The notes: a model not told the origin generated them from the sequence alone. 39,096 nucleotides of DNA from Chryseobacterium gleum (GCA_945877045.1 CAMCQW010000001.1:1-39096), one strand, 5' to 3'. Counted from the first letter of the stretch, positions 1-9,604 are shown. A program made the numbers and translations.

Positions 1-452
1 TTTAATGATAATTCCATGCCTTCACGAGCGTATTCGTATGCGCGCTTTCCATTCACTTGCTTAGCGGAATATATCGGTGGAACCTGTTCTTGTTCGCCTA
101 AGAAAGAAAGACGAATAGATTCCAATTCATCCATTGATGCTGGGGGAACATCAAACTCCTGATCAAATTCCGTTTCTAAATCATACGATGGTGTTGTTTT
201 TCCAAGTAAAATGGTGCCAGTATATTCTTTGTCTTGGCCAATCATTCCCTCAATAAGCTTGGTGTTTTTTCCCGTGCAAATAATTAACAGCCCGGTTGCT
301 AGTGGGTCGAGCGTTCCTGCATGGCCCACCTTTATTTTTTTAATATTAAGTTTTTGTTTAATGTTCCAACGTATCTTGTTAACAACATCAAAAGATGTCC
401 AACCCAATGGCTTGTCTATCAATAAGGTTTCGCCGGCTTGATAATCTAACAT
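1..452 (-). CDS. truB: tRNA pseudouridine(55) synthase TruB, N-terminal part (gene runs off the left edge)
   Basis: Hand translation of the minus strand from the ATG (complement of 450..452) gives MLDYQAGETLLIDKPLGWTSFDVVNKIRW...IKVGHAGTLDPLATGLLIICTGKNTKLIEG...VPPIYSAKQVNGKRAYEYAREG. GHAGTLDP holds the catalytic Asp signature of TruB. It is absent from the ORF track because no stop lies in the window. The 211..441 + ORF is its antisense shadow. Confidence 0.9.
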   Translation of the reverse strand, partial: MLDYQAGETLLIDKPLGWTSFDVVNKIRWNIKQKLNIKKIKVGHAGTLDPLATGLLIICTGKNTKLIEGMIGQDKEYTGTILLGKTTPSYDLETEFDQEFDVPPASMDELESIRLSFLGEQEQVPPIYSAKQVNGKRAYEYAREGMELSL

Positions 453-461
453 ATGGAAAAA

Positions 462-1289
462 CTAAGCAATAAGACAATAATAAATTATGAACGATACGCC
501 TAACATAATTCTGTACCACCCCCACATTTTAAATCCGTATTTCTTAAGAATACCCATGAAAAATTTGATGGCCAATAACGCTACAAGAAAAGCAATAACA
601 TTACCAACAATAAACAACATCAGGTGATTTCCTTGAAGTAACATTTCGTATCCTTTCATGGCAACAAAATCCCCTCCGCTCATTGGAACCGACCAATCTT
701 TAAGAAAGATAGAGTAGCAGGTAACGGCAAGCATAGTGGGTACAGCGAGAAAGAAACTGAATTCGGCAGCCATTCGCATACTTAGTTTTTGTTGCATTCC
801 TCCTATTATAGAAGCTGCCGCCCGACTCGTCCCTGGCATCATGGCTAAACATTGCCAAAAACCAATGGTAATGGCGCTTTTATTACTAATCTTTGACTCA
901 TCATCTATCGGGGTATCTTGAAATATTTTATGAATGAATAATAAAATCACACCCCCTAAGATTAAAACAAGGGCAATTGGAATTGGTTTTTCAAGAATGG
1001 CCTCAATTTTATCATCAAAAAGTTTTCCGAGTATCAACGCTGGAATTACTGCCAATGTTATTTTTAAATAAAATTTATATGATGTGAAATCGAAGAATTT
1101 TTTCCAGTACAATACAACAACCGCTAGAATAGCGCCGAATTGTATAGATACCTGAAACATTTTAACGAAAACGTCCTTCTCCACTCCAAAAATAGAGCTG
1201 GTAAAAATCATATGAGCAGTTGATGATACAGGGAGGAACTCCGTTAAACCCTCAATGATTGCTAATACAATTGCTTGCAAAAAAGTCAT
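462..1289 (-). CDS. uppP: undecaprenyl-diphosphate phosphatase (UppP/BacA)
   Basis: 275-aa polytopic ORF with the N-terminal EGLTEFLPVSSTAHM motif characteristic of UppP. It sits between truB and ftsX, as in other Bacteroidota. Confidence 0.93.
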   Translation of the reverse strand: MTFLQAIVLAIIEGLTEFLPVSSTAHMIFTSSIFGVEKDVFVKMFQVSIQFGAILAVVVLYWKKFFDFTSYKFYLKITLAVIPALILGKLFDDKIEAILEKPIPIALVLILGGVILLFIHKIFQDTPIDDESKISNKSAITIGFWQCLAMMPGTSRAAASIIGGMQQKLSMRMAAEFSFFLAVPTMLAVTCYSIFLKDWSVPMSGGDFVAMKGYEMLLQGNHLMLFIVGNVIAFLVALLAIKFFMGILKKYGFKMWGWYRIMLGVSFIIYYCLIA

Positions 1290-1298
1290 TTGTGAGGC

Positions 1299-1604
1299 TT
1301 ATTTTTTAAGCTTTACTGTAGTAGAAGGTTCTTTGTCCTTTTGGGGTGTATCCTTTTCAGGCAACTCTTGGTGTTTTGCCTTTTTCATAATGCTAAAAAG
1401 AATCACACCATAACCAACTAAAATAAAAATTGGTGCAATCGTAATTCTTACCGTACTAAACAGGGCCTCACCATCGAATTTGTTCGGGTCTTCAGATCCT
1501 CCGCCAATCATTAATAAGAATCCTATTACATTAATTGCTAATCCTATTAAAAGAATTTTATAGTTTTCTGCTTGGAAACCGAAGTGTTTGATTGGATTGT
1601 TCAT
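1299..1604 (-). CDS. small two-helix membrane protein, DUF3098-like
   Basis: 101-aa ORF with two hydrophobic helices and a K/E/P-rich tail. Its position between ftsX and uppP matches the conserved Bacteroidota arrangement as I recall it. The family name is from memory, not verified. Confidence 0.55.
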   Translation of the reverse strand: MNNPIKHFGFQAENYKILLIGLAINVIGFLLMIGGGSEDPNKFDGEALFSTVRITIAPIFILVGYGVILFSIMKKAKHQELPEKDTPQKDKEPSTTVKLKK

Positions 1605-1610
1605 GGCTTT

Positions 1611-2495
1611 TTAATATAAATCATCTAGTTTCATGCGAAGATACTTGTTTAATGCAAACCATGTTGATACAAGCGTAATAAAAATTCCTATTAGAATCAG
1701 AGAAGATATCAGCAACAGTAATACCTGCCAAGTGAAAGTAATCTCTATTGTTTCTAAAACATTGTTCAGCGCAAAGAAAACGGTCATAAGTAAGCATAGA
1801 GCAACTATGGCAGAGATTAAGCCTTGAAAAACAGATTTCAAAAGAAAAGGGCGGCGAATGTAACTACCGGTAGCGCCCACCAAGGTCATTGTTTTTATTG
1901 TAAAGCGTTTAGAATATAAGGACATCCTTATTGTATTGTTTATCATTGCTACAGCAATGATAATTAATAGGGCGGCAATCGACAAAAATAATAACACGAA
2001 TTGTTGGAAACCAAGGTTTACTTTTTCGACGCTTGATTCGTCATAGTTTACCTCATCAATTTGATTTGGAAAATATTTTAAGAGCTTTAATTTGATTTTT
2101 TTCATGCCACTTTTATTCGCAAATTGAACCTTTGGCGAAAAACACAACGATGGCGGCAAAGGGTTTTCGCCCTCTAATAATTCTATGATCTCCGCTTGAT
2201 CTTTTCCACCAAATTCTTGAATGGCCCTTTCGGAAGAAACAAACCATACTTTTTTAAATTCACCCCAAGACTTTATCCGAAGTTCTACTTGTTTTATGTC
2301 GGCATCATTTAATTTTGGATTGAAAAAAATATCGCCCTGAAGACTTTCTTTTGCCTGGTTTTGAATATTGCTTAATCCAAACATTCCGCTTAATACGATT
2401 CCGATCATGAATAAAACAAGTGATATTCCAATTATGGTAGAAACATAACTTGTCTTAATACCTGTTTTATTATATTTTTCAATTGCCTTTGACAT
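1611..2495 (-). CDS. ftsX: cell-division permease-like protein FtsX
   Basis: 294-aa ORF with an N-terminal TM helix, a ~130-aa extracytoplasmic loop, then three C-terminal TM helices (FtsX topology). No ABC ATPase gene is adjacent. Confidence 0.8.
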   Translation of the reverse strand: MSKAIEKYNKTGIKTSYVSTIIGISLVLFMIGIVLSGMFGLSNIQNQAKESLQGDIFFNPKLNDADIKQVELRIKSWGEFKKVWFVSSERAIQEFGGKDQAEIIELLEGENPLPPSLCFSPKVQFANKSGMKKIKLKLLKYFPNQIDEVNYDESSVEKVNLGFQQFVLLFLSIAALLIIIAVAMINNTIRMSLYSKRFTIKTMTLVGATGSYIRRPFLLKSVFQGLISAIVALCLLMTVFFALNNVLETIEITFTWQVLLLLISSLILIGIFITLVSTWFALNKYLRMKLDDLY

Positions 2496-2499
2496 ATTT

Positions 2500-2507
2500 C
2501 AAAAGTA
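2500..2507 (-). promoter_or_regulatory. candidate Bacteroidota -7 promoter box (TACTTTTG) for ftsX
   Basis: The reverse complement of caaaagta is TACTTTTG, a perfect match to TAnnTTTG. It ends only 4 nt upstream of the ftsX ATG (2495), which implies a near-leaderless mRNA. Confidence 0.4.
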
Positions 2508-2607
2508 TTAAAAAAAACCATGCGCCTCTTAGATACGATTAACGAGTAATCAACGAGTAATTGTGGATTGTGTGAAGAGTGATTGGGAATGTTAACTGAA
2601 AGACGAA

Positions 2608-4506
2608 CTAAAGGTCTACCCAATCGTTATTTTCTTTAATAAGATCTATCAATGCACGAACGGCTTCCGATTCTGGAACGTTTTTTTTAACGACCATTTT
2701 CTCTTTATACAAGGTGATTTTTCCTGGGCCGGTTCCCACATAACCATAGTCTGCATCTGCCATTTCACCTGGTCCATTAACGATACAGCCCATAATCCCT
2801 ATTTTGAGTCCTTTTAAATGGGAGGTTTCTTTCTTAATTTTCATGGTTGTTTCTTGCAAATCAAAGAGGGTTCTTCCACAAGAAGGGCAAGAAATATATT
2901 CCGTTTTTGAAATGCGTGAACGCGTGGCTTGAAGAATGCCGAAAGCCGTAGAATTTATCAATGTTGCTGCTTGATTACCCCTTAACCATATTCCATCACC
3001 AAACCCATCTATAAAAAGCGACCCACAATCACTTGAAACATGCAATTGAAACGTTTCAGAATCGACTGAATCATTCTCAACTTTTAATATGACCGGTATA
3101 TCTAATTTACTATTTAATAAATCAATGTATACTTTTCTGAAAAGTTGGGTTTTGTTACTATATTTAGAACACAAGACTAAAATCAGTCCGGTATACTCCG
3201 CTAGGTTATCAGGCAATGATTCGGAACATTCTACTTCTAAAAAGGCCCGTTGACTTTTAGCTAATTCTACGAGGTCTTGCACTTGTATTAAAGGATAATA
3301 TTCCTTTTTTGTGATGCCGTTTTTTTTCCACGCATCATAATCCATTATAACGCCTAATGTTCCCGGAACTTCAAAATTAAGGGTGTTTTTACCTACATAA
3401 ACATAATCCGCAGCTAAATCCTGTAAATTCCATTTGTCTAATTGGACAGAATAATTATATCCAAAACCATAAAAATTAGCGGGGATTATCGTTTGTTTCA
3501 TGGAGAAATCAGCGATAACCACTGGGACATGTCTGCCTCCTATGTTGTGTACTTCTCTAGAAGGCCTTCGTTGATAGGAATAGGGATTATAAGGGAGGGC
3601 GCTTATAGAGGTTGGGAATACAAACGTGTTTTTTGAATCGAATTTTTCGAGTAGCTTTCGGGCAACTGGAATTTCAAACTCTGGCTCTTCCGTCAAGGAA
3701 ACTCGGATGGTATCTCCAATACCATCCTCCAACAAGGCGCCAATTCCAACAGCGGACTTAATTCGCCCATCTTCCCCGTCTCCCGCTTCAGTAACGCCTA
3801 AATGCAAGGGATAGCAAATTCCATTTTCCAACATTTTTGCAACCAACAAACGATACGCTTGAACCATAACGAGCGTATTACTCGCCTTCATAGAAATTGT
3901 TAGATTCTTATAGTGATTTTTCTCACATATATTTATAAATTCAAATGCTGACGCCACCATTCCTTCGGGAGTATCGCCATAACGACTTAATATTCGATCT
4001 GAAAGAGAGCCGTGATTCGTGCCAATACGCATTGCTGTATTGTGTTTTTTACACAATAAAACCAGCGGCGTGAATTTTTCCTCAATTCGTATTAATTCCT
4101 CTTTGTAGCTTTCATCAGTATATTCTATTTCTTCGAATTTCTTTTTATCGGCGTAATTGCCCGGGTTCACGCGTACTTTTTCAACTAATCGAGCGGCGAT
4201 TTCTGCCGCGTTGGGAGTAAAATGAATGTCCGCAACTAATGGCGTGTTGTAGCCATAATCCAAAAGGCGTTGTTTTATTACTCCTAAGTTTTCTGCTTCT
4301 TTTTTACTAGGAGCCGTTAATCTAAGCAACTCACAACCCGCATTTATCATACGAATAGATTGCTCAACAGATAATTCGGTATTCATGGTATCGGTAGTAG
4401 TCATCGACTGCAGTCGAATGGGCGCTTTCCCCCCTAGTTTTAACGCGCCAATAACTACTTCTATAGTTGTAAGCCGTTTTCGGTTCAATATATCAAGACA
4501 ATACAT
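2608..4506 (-). CDS. ispG: 4-hydroxy-3-methylbut-2-en-1-yl diphosphate synthase (IspG/GcpE), long form with inserted domain
   Basis: 632-aa ORF with an N-terminal TIM-barrel region (GGKAPIRLQSMTTTDT) and a C-terminal Fe-S domain (ISCPSCGRT ... GCIVNGPGEMADADYGYVG). The ~260-aa insert between the domains is typical of Bacteroidota/Chlamydia/plant-type IspG. Confidence 0.95.
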   Translation of the reverse strand: MYCLDILNRKRLTTIEVVIGALKLGGKAPIRLQSMTTTDTMNTELSVEQSIRMINAGCELLRLTAPSKKEAENLGVIKQRLLDYGYNTPLVADIHFTPNAAEIAARLVEKVRVNPGNYADKKKFEEIEYTDESYKEELIRIEEKFTPLVLLCKKHNTAMRIGTNHGSLSDRILSRYGDTPEGMVASAFEFINICEKNHYKNLTISMKASNTLVMVQAYRLLVAKMLENGICYPLHLGVTEAGDGEDGRIKSAVGIGALLEDGIGDTIRVSLTEEPEFEIPVARKLLEKFDSKNTFVFPTSISALPYNPYSYQRRPSREVHNIGGRHVPVVIADFSMKQTIIPANFYGFGYNYSVQLDKWNLQDLAADYVYVGKNTLNFEVPGTLGVIMDYDAWKKNGITKKEYYPLIQVQDLVELAKSQRAFLEVECSESLPDNLAEYTGLILVLCSKYSNKTQLFRKVYIDLLNSKLDIPVILKVENDSVDSETFQLHVSSDCGSLFIDGFGDGIWLRGNQAATLINSTAFGILQATRSRISKTEYISCPSCGRTLFDLQETTMKIKKETSHLKGLKIGIMGCIVNGPGEMADADYGYVGTGPGKITLYKEKMVVKKNVPESEAVRALIDLIKENNDWVDL

Positions 4507-4549
4507 GCTATATTATGTTGAAGAAATCTATTTATGACTTCTTTTTTTA

Positions 4550-4557
4550 CAAAGTTA
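4550..4557 (-). promoter_or_regulatory. candidate -7 promoter box (TAACTTTG) for ispG
   Basis: The reverse complement of caaagtta is TAACTTTG, a perfect TAnnTTTG. It lies 43 nt upstream of the ispG ATG (4506), in the 128-bp spacer after the kinase gene. Confidence 0.45.
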
Positions 4558-4634
4558 GCCAATACTTTGGTATGTTTTTCTAATGGATATTATTCTCTAA
4601 TGAAAATCTGTCCTGTCCTTCCTTTTTTTGAGGG

Positions 4635-7600
4635 TTAACCGATGCTGATGGTAAAAGTGGTGCCTTTATTAACACTGGATGTAAACGAAATCTGACCATC
4701 ATGGTTTTCGATTATTTGTTTCGTTAAAGAAAGACCTATTCCACTACCCGTTGACTTGGTGGTGAAGTGGGGGGTAAATATTTTTTCTATTTGCTCAGGA
4801 GGAATACCACATCCATTATCTTTTATTTCAATTATTACCGTGTGTTTCTCCCTACTTACTTGTATGTGAATGATTGGTTTTTTTATGTCTGAACATGCTT
4901 GTGCAGCATTTTTTATTAGGTTGTTTAATACTTGCAACCATTGGTCTTTGTCTATATTAACCATACATTTTTCCAACGAACTCTCCAATGTTATTTTTAT
5001 ATTATTATAAGAAAGGAACATCGGTAAGATGTTCTTTATAAGTAAAATTAAATCAGTTTCTTTTTTAATCGGAACAGGTAATTGGGCAAAAAGTGAGAAA
5101 TCATTGGCTATTTTAACTAGGCTGTCTATTTGCTCAATAATTGCCTTTACCACTACCTCGATTTTAAACTTTGAATCCGGGTCATTAGCATCATAAACTC
5201 GGAGCAATTGCTGTACGCTTAACTTAATGGGTGTTAATGGGTTTTTGATTTCATGGGCAACTTGCTTTGCCATTTCTCTCCAAGCAGACTCACGCTCATT
5301 TGATTTCAATTGCTTAATTGCCTCTTCTAATTCATCTAACTTGTTGTTATAGGCGTCTACAACGGTGCTTATTTCGTCCCGTGATTCGTATACAATGTGT
5401 TGGTTTCTTTTACCGAAATTAATCGCCTGAACCTTTAGTTGTAATTGCTTAAGGGGTTGCACTAAACGATTAGAAACTAGTAAAGAAATAATGATGGCTC
5501 CCGTTAATAATAATATAAATATGTTCATTATTGAAACTAGAAAAGACTGGATTTGTCTTTCAAAATCGCGTTGTTTATTAAAATGTTGAATGTTTAAATA
5601 ACCCAGTGCTTCATTTTTCCCATTATAAATGGGCATGTAAACGGAATAAAACGATAGTTTTCCTATGTTTTCTTTTTGAGAATGCAAGCTTATATGTTTT
5701 GATTTAAGTTCGTAGTAGGCCCGAGGATTTATCTGTTCGCTTTGTAAGCCCAATGAAAAAACCTCCGGTTTTGAACCCGCTACCAAACGACCCTTTAAAT
5801 CATAAATATTAATGTCTGTTTCGAAAATTACAGAAAGTTTTTCTGTTAATAATTCAAAAAATGTTCCATCATTGACCTTGCTTATTTTAGTCGTTTTTGT
5901 GGTTTTATTATTCAACTCTGTCGAAATGGATTTCACCTCGTCTGTTATTGATTTATTATTAAATAACTCGTATTGACGGCTTACAAATAAGCTACTAACA
6001 GCACCAAAAAACACCAAGGAAAGAACCACCAAGGAAACGGACATTAACTGAATCTTTAGGGCTAATGTCCATCTATACTGCTCTGTTTTAAATAAAAGGT
6101 AGCTTGTATTTATTAGTACGAGTAGAAGTCCCCAAAAACAAAAAATATATGAAAAAGAGGTTAGTAAGTCATAATTCGTCTTTGTTTTTTCTGATAAGAC
6201 TACCGCTGTTTCGCTTCCTTTAAATAACACATAGTGATTATATTCACCATACTCGATGAAATCATTTTTCCCACTTATTGCTTTGAGAAAAGATAAACTG
6301 GTTGGAAAGTGAAATTCTCCATGTTGCTTTGCTAGTTTTCCATTGAAGTATTTTGCTATTGAATAGTTTGCTATTCCATTTAATACGTTCGCTTGTTTGG
6401 ATAATAAAAGTCTCGGAAAACCTATTTCTTCGGGTATTTTCTTTGATTTCAAACTAAACACGAGGGTTCCTTTATTACGAGGAAGGACTTGTTTAATAAG
6501 ATAACTATACCCTAAATAAGAATCTTTAAGAAAAAATATCGCAGGATTTATTTCTGACTGCTCACTGTGATGTTCAATCAAATCGGATAGTAGATAATTA
6601 TCAAATCCATCTTTGGATAAAATGGTATTAAAGGAGGAGTCAAGCATAGTTACGCCTAACTCGAAGCCATCCCACAAACCTGAGAAGTAAGAGCGCTCAA
6701 AAAAATCACCCACGCGAGATGGTATAGGGTTACTTTCTGCATGATTAAAAAGCTGCAAGACATGAGGATCATTAATTAAAGCTGATTGAAAAGATGAATA
6801 GCTGATTTCTGCTTCATAGTCGCGGTCTAATAAAAGTTGATTAGCATATAATTTCCTGATTTCCCGCTCTTTTATCTGATTATGTGTGTTTAATTCTTTT
6901 ATAAATGAGCTTGAAAATAAAGCCAAAATAAATAGCTGTAATACAACATTTTTATTTCCTCTATTATTTAATTGACCTAAGGAAATGAGAGTCATTAATA
7001 AAAGTGGCAAAAGCATTGAAATCGTCACGGCGTCTTGTGTTTGAGACCGCATAAACATGAATAATAGTGTTGCTGTAAGTATGAAAAGCCACGTCCGTTT
7101 TATTAATTTGGGTGATGTACTTAGCTGTTTAATCGTTTTAACGTATCCATAATAAAAAGAATAAAACATCGCGGCGACCATAACAATTAGCACATACGAA
7201 TAGAGGGTAAGGGTGAATGGTAGGTCAAGGGTTAATGAAACATCCGCATTTTCAACTAAAATTTTAATAAAGTCAAGGATCAACCACCAAAGGATAAAGA
7301 GAATAAAGAGAAATACATAGCTCCAAATTTTGTGTTTGCGTGTATTTACAATATTTACAATTATAAAAAATCCGTAAATAAGTATTCCTATGTTAAGTGC
7401 CAGGCCTAATATCGTTGGGAATAGCGTGTTAAATGGAAAGAGGCTGGCGGATTGATATTCTTGATTAGAAAATAAATTAATTGGTATATAATAAATCGCT
7501 AAATACCGAATGATAATTAATGCAAAAAATGAAATTACTGCAAGGTAATGGTGGCCTCTCGTAATAAAATAAAGTCCTAGTAAAAAGGAAATAAACGAGA

Positions 7601-8228
7601 ACATCAAGAATATAAACGTTATATTACTATGGTCAGTGAATGGGTTGGATTTGGTAGTGTTACTGATAAAAAAGGCGGATCTACCTTTTTTGTCGCGAAT
7701 GGAATAGGGGCTTTTTTTGGTAATAGTAATGGGGCAAACACCGTCATATATTGCTGGGTTGAATATATTTTGTAGGTATTCATTTTCTAGTTCATACGAG
7801 GACTGAAGTAATAAGGACCCCTGAATGATTAGCTCGTTTTTTATACCGGAATATATATAGTAATAGCCATTACTCAATTTATATACCCCATTCTTTATTT
7901 CATTATTGCTAAGATTCGAGGATGTTGGCAGCTGATTCGTATTCCAATAAACAAGTTCGTTATTTTGGAAAATATGTAAGAAAAAGGGGGTTTTCGTTGG
8001 AAGGTTTTTTACTTCTTTTTGGATTTGTCCGTTTAATACCTTGTCTACTTGTTTTTCTAAAGCATTAATTTGATTCAGAAACGAAACTTGTATTTTTTGC
8101 TGTACCGCTGGGGTAAGTTGTGTCTTGTTGTCACGCCGATCGATAGCTATTGCAGTAAAAAAAGAAATCGTCGCTAATAAAAACCAAATAGCTTTTTTAA
8201 ATGAACTATATGATTTGGCTAGTATCAA
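4635..8228 (-). CDS. very large membrane-embedded sensor histidine kinase (NtrY-like H-box), no partner response regulator in window
   Basis: 1197-aa ORF. The C-terminus carries an H-box AHEIKNPLTPIKLS, N-box NLIKNAAQA, G1 DNGCGI and G2 GSGIGLSL. The N-terminal ~900 aa hold many hydrophobic helices and long soluble segments. The only upstream in-frame start is TTG at 8228..8226, which overlaps the udk stop. Confidence 0.88.
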   Translation of the reverse strand: MILAKSYSSFKKAIWFLLATISFFTAIAIDRRDNKTQLTPAVQQKIQVSFLNQINALEKQVDKVLNGQIQKEVKNLPTKTPFFLHIFQNNELVYWNTNQLPTSSNLSNNEIKNGVYKLSNGYYYIYSGIKNELIIQGSLLLQSSYELENEYLQNIFNPAIYDGVCPITITKKSPYSIRDKKGRSAFFISNTTKSNPFTDHSNITFIFLMFSFISFLLGLYFITRGHHYLAVISFFALIIIRYLAIYYIPINLFSNQEYQSASLFPFNTLFPTILGLALNIGILIYGFFIIVNIVNTRKHKIWSYVFLFILFILWWLILDFIKILVENADVSLTLDLPFTLTLYSYVLIVMVAAMFYSFYYGYVKTIKQLSTSPKLIKRTWLFILTATLLFMFMRSQTQDAVTISMLLPLLLMTLISLGQLNNRGNKNVVLQLFILALFSSSFIKELNTHNQIKEREIRKLYANQLLLDRDYEAEISYSSFQSALINDPHVLQLFNHAESNPIPSRVGDFFERSYFSGLWDGFELGVTMLDSSFNTILSKDGFDNYLLSDLIEHHSEQSEINPAIFFLKDSYLGYSYLIKQVLPRNKGTLVFSLKSKKIPEEIGFPRLLLSKQANVLNGIANYSIAKYFNGKLAKQHGEFHFPTSLSFLKAISGKNDFIEYGEYNHYVLFKGSETAVVLSEKTKTNYDLLTSFSYIFCFWGLLLVLINTSYLLFKTEQYRWTLALKIQLMSVSLVVLSLVFFGAVSSLFVSRQYELFNNKSITDEVKSISTELNNKTTKTTKISKVNDGTFFELLTEKLSVIFETDINIYDLKGRLVAGSKPEVFSLGLQSEQINPRAYYELKSKHISLHSQKENIGKLSFYSVYMPIYNGKNEALGYLNIQHFNKQRDFERQIQSFLVSIMNIFILLLTGAIIISLLVSNRLVQPLKQLQLKVQAINFGKRNQHIVYESRDEISTVVDAYNNKLDELEEAIKQLKSNERESAWREMAKQVAHEIKNPLTPIKLSVQQLLRVYDANDPDSKFKIEVVVKAIIEQIDSLVKIANDFSLFAQLPVPIKKETDLILLIKNILPMFLSYNNIKITLESSLEKCMVNIDKDQWLQVLNNLIKNAAQACSDIKKPIIHIQVSREKHTVIIEIKDNGCGIPPEQIEKIFTPHFTTKSTGSGIGLSLTKQIIENHDGQISFTSSVNKGTTFTISIG

Positions 8229-8872
8229 GGGGTCTCTAAATTAGTTAATGCTAATTGAATGGAAATCATTAGTTCTTGAAAATCTTCGTCCGCTCGGTGA
8301 TCGTTTCTAAAAACAAAATCGGCTGTATTCTTGTAAGGAAAAATGTAATTTTCGTAACACGGTAAAGCATGGTTTTCCCATTGGTAAATAATAGCTGATC
8401 TGCTATAACCCCTGGTTTCCTGATCTCGATAAATCCTTCTGTCTAATTGGGTTTCATGTTCTACATCTACAAAAACAGTATAATCAAGGAGTTCTTTAAC
8501 CCCCTCATAATGAAATAGAAACAATCCTTCAACGATAATTATGCGACTTGGTTGAATGGTAAGTAATACATTTTTGTTGGGATTTGAATTAAAAAAATAT
8601 TCTTTTACTTCTATAGGGGTCCCCTCTGATAATGAAATCAAATCTTTTGTTAACTGTTCTTCGTTGATGGCGCTTGGCAAGTCAAAATTCACAATGCCAT
8701 TGCTGTCTTTTTGTTGAGCTTCAATGGGGTTGTAATAATTATCCATGCTGAAAATGGCGGGTGCCTGTTTATTAAAAACTTCCCCCAAACGACGTAATAA
8801 GGTTGTTTTTCCAGAACCGCTCCCTCCTCCTATTCCTATAATAATTGTTTTTTCGTTTGTTTTAGACATCAT
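8225..8872 (-). CDS. udk: uridine kinase
   Basis: 215-aa ORF with P-loop IIGIGGGSGSGKTT and the overall Udk length and pattern (NFDLPSAI, IIVEGLF). Confidence 0.93.
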   Translation of the reverse strand: MMSKTNEKTIIIGIGGGSGSGKTTLLRRLGEVFNKQAPAIFSMDNYYNPIEAQQKDSNGIVNFDLPSAINEEQLTKDLISLSEGTPIEVKEYFFNSNPNKNVLLTIQPSRIIIVEGLFLFHYEGVKELLDYTVFVDVEHETQLDRRIYRDQETRGYSRSAIIYQWENHALPCYENYIFPYKNTADFVFRNDHRADEDFQELMISIQLALTNLETP

Positions 8873-8878
8873 AAGTTA

Positions 8879-8886
8879 CAAACTTA
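8879..8886 (-). promoter_or_regulatory. candidate -7 promoter box (TAAGTTTG) for udk
   Basis: The reverse complement of caaactta is TAAGTTTG, a perfect TAnnTTTG, ending 6 nt upstream of the udk ATG (8872). Confidence 0.4.
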
Positions 8887-8942
8887 ATGATTAGAAGAAG
8901 ATTTTCAATTATTCAATGCAATTGTTTTATAAGATTAATTTG

Positions 8943-8950
8943 TAATTTTG
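8943..8950 (+). promoter_or_regulatory. candidate -7 promoter box (TAATTTTG) for the thioredoxin-fold gene
   Basis: Perfect TAnnTTTG 29 nt upstream of the ATG at 8980, with a TTG about 19 nt further upstream. It lies inside the annotated 8887 ORF extension and argues for the 8980 start. Confidence 0.45.
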
Positions 8951-8979
8951 GTATATTATTCTCCATTAAATTATTTATC

Positions 8980-9591
8980 ATGAAAACACTTTTTTTCCTT
9001 TTAGCCATTTCTTTTTCGAATGCTTTACTGTGGGGACAAATAAAACTTAAAGATAGAGCGCCATTAAGTGATAAATTGATGGTGTCTGCTAATACGGAAA
9101 GTTTATCCTTGATAAAAGCCATGAAAAAAAATGGCTTGGTTGTTATCTTTAGTTGTAATACATGTCCGTTTGTTGTTGGATCTGAAAGTTTCCCTGGTTG
9201 GGAAGGTCAATACAATGATTTGTATGAACAAGCAAATAAGTATCAAATTGGTTTAGTGGTTGTTAATTCGAATGAAGGAAAACGAGCGGGAGATGATTCT
9301 TTTATTGAAATGAAAAATCACGCAGAAAAAAAAGCATATAACATGCCTTATTTGATGGATGAAAATAGTGTGTTAGCAAATGCTTTTGGGGCAAAAACAA
9401 CACCACACGTCTATTTCTTTAATGAGAAACTATCCTTGATTTATATGGGATCTATTGATAATATCTGGGACAAGAATCGAACCCAAACAATTCCTTACTT
9501 AATGAATGCTATGTTAGCGAAAAACCAAGGGAATCGAATTAAAATAAAAAATACTACCCCAAAGGGATGTAGCATTAAACGCACTAAATAA
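8980..9591 (+). CDS. secreted thioredoxin-fold (redoxin/AhpC-TSA-like) protein with a CxxC motif
   Basis: The ORF track starts at 8887, but Met32 (ATG 8980) gives a clean signal peptide, MKTLFFLLAISFSNALLWGQ. The motif is CNTCPFV, and the C-terminal 'KTTPHVYFF' cis-Pro-type segment is typical of thioredoxin-like proteins. Confidence 0.72.
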   Translation: MKTLFFLLAISFSNALLWGQIKLKDRAPLSDKLMVSANTESLSLIKAMKKNGLVVIFSCNTCPFVVGSESFPGWEGQYNDLYEQANKYQIGLVVVNSNEGKRAGDDSFIEMKNHAEKKAYNMPYLMDENSVLANAFGAKTTPHVYFFNEKLSLIYMGSIDNIWDKNRTQTIPYLMNAMLAKNQGNRIKIKNTTPKGCSIKRTK

Positions 9592-9604
9592 AATCACAGT
9601 AAAA

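Noticed and set aside
211-441. 76-aa + strand ORF at the left edge.
   Set aside because: It lies entirely antisense to the clearly recognisable truB coding sequence (GHAGTLDP motif on the minus strand), so it is a shadow ORF.
2432-2623. 63-aa minus-strand ORF spanning the ispG-ftsX spacer.
   Set aside because: It overlaps the ends of both flanking genes, has an arbitrary composition, and contains the ftsX promoter box. It is most likely non-coding. The short direct repeat AACGAGTAAT x2 in this spacer was noted but is too short to interpret.
8887-8979. N-terminal 31-codon extension of the thioredoxin-like ORF (MIRRRFSIIQCNCF...).
   Set aside because: A perfect -7 box (8943..8950) lies inside it, and Met32 gives a canonical signal peptide. 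The extension overlaps the divergent udk promoter region.
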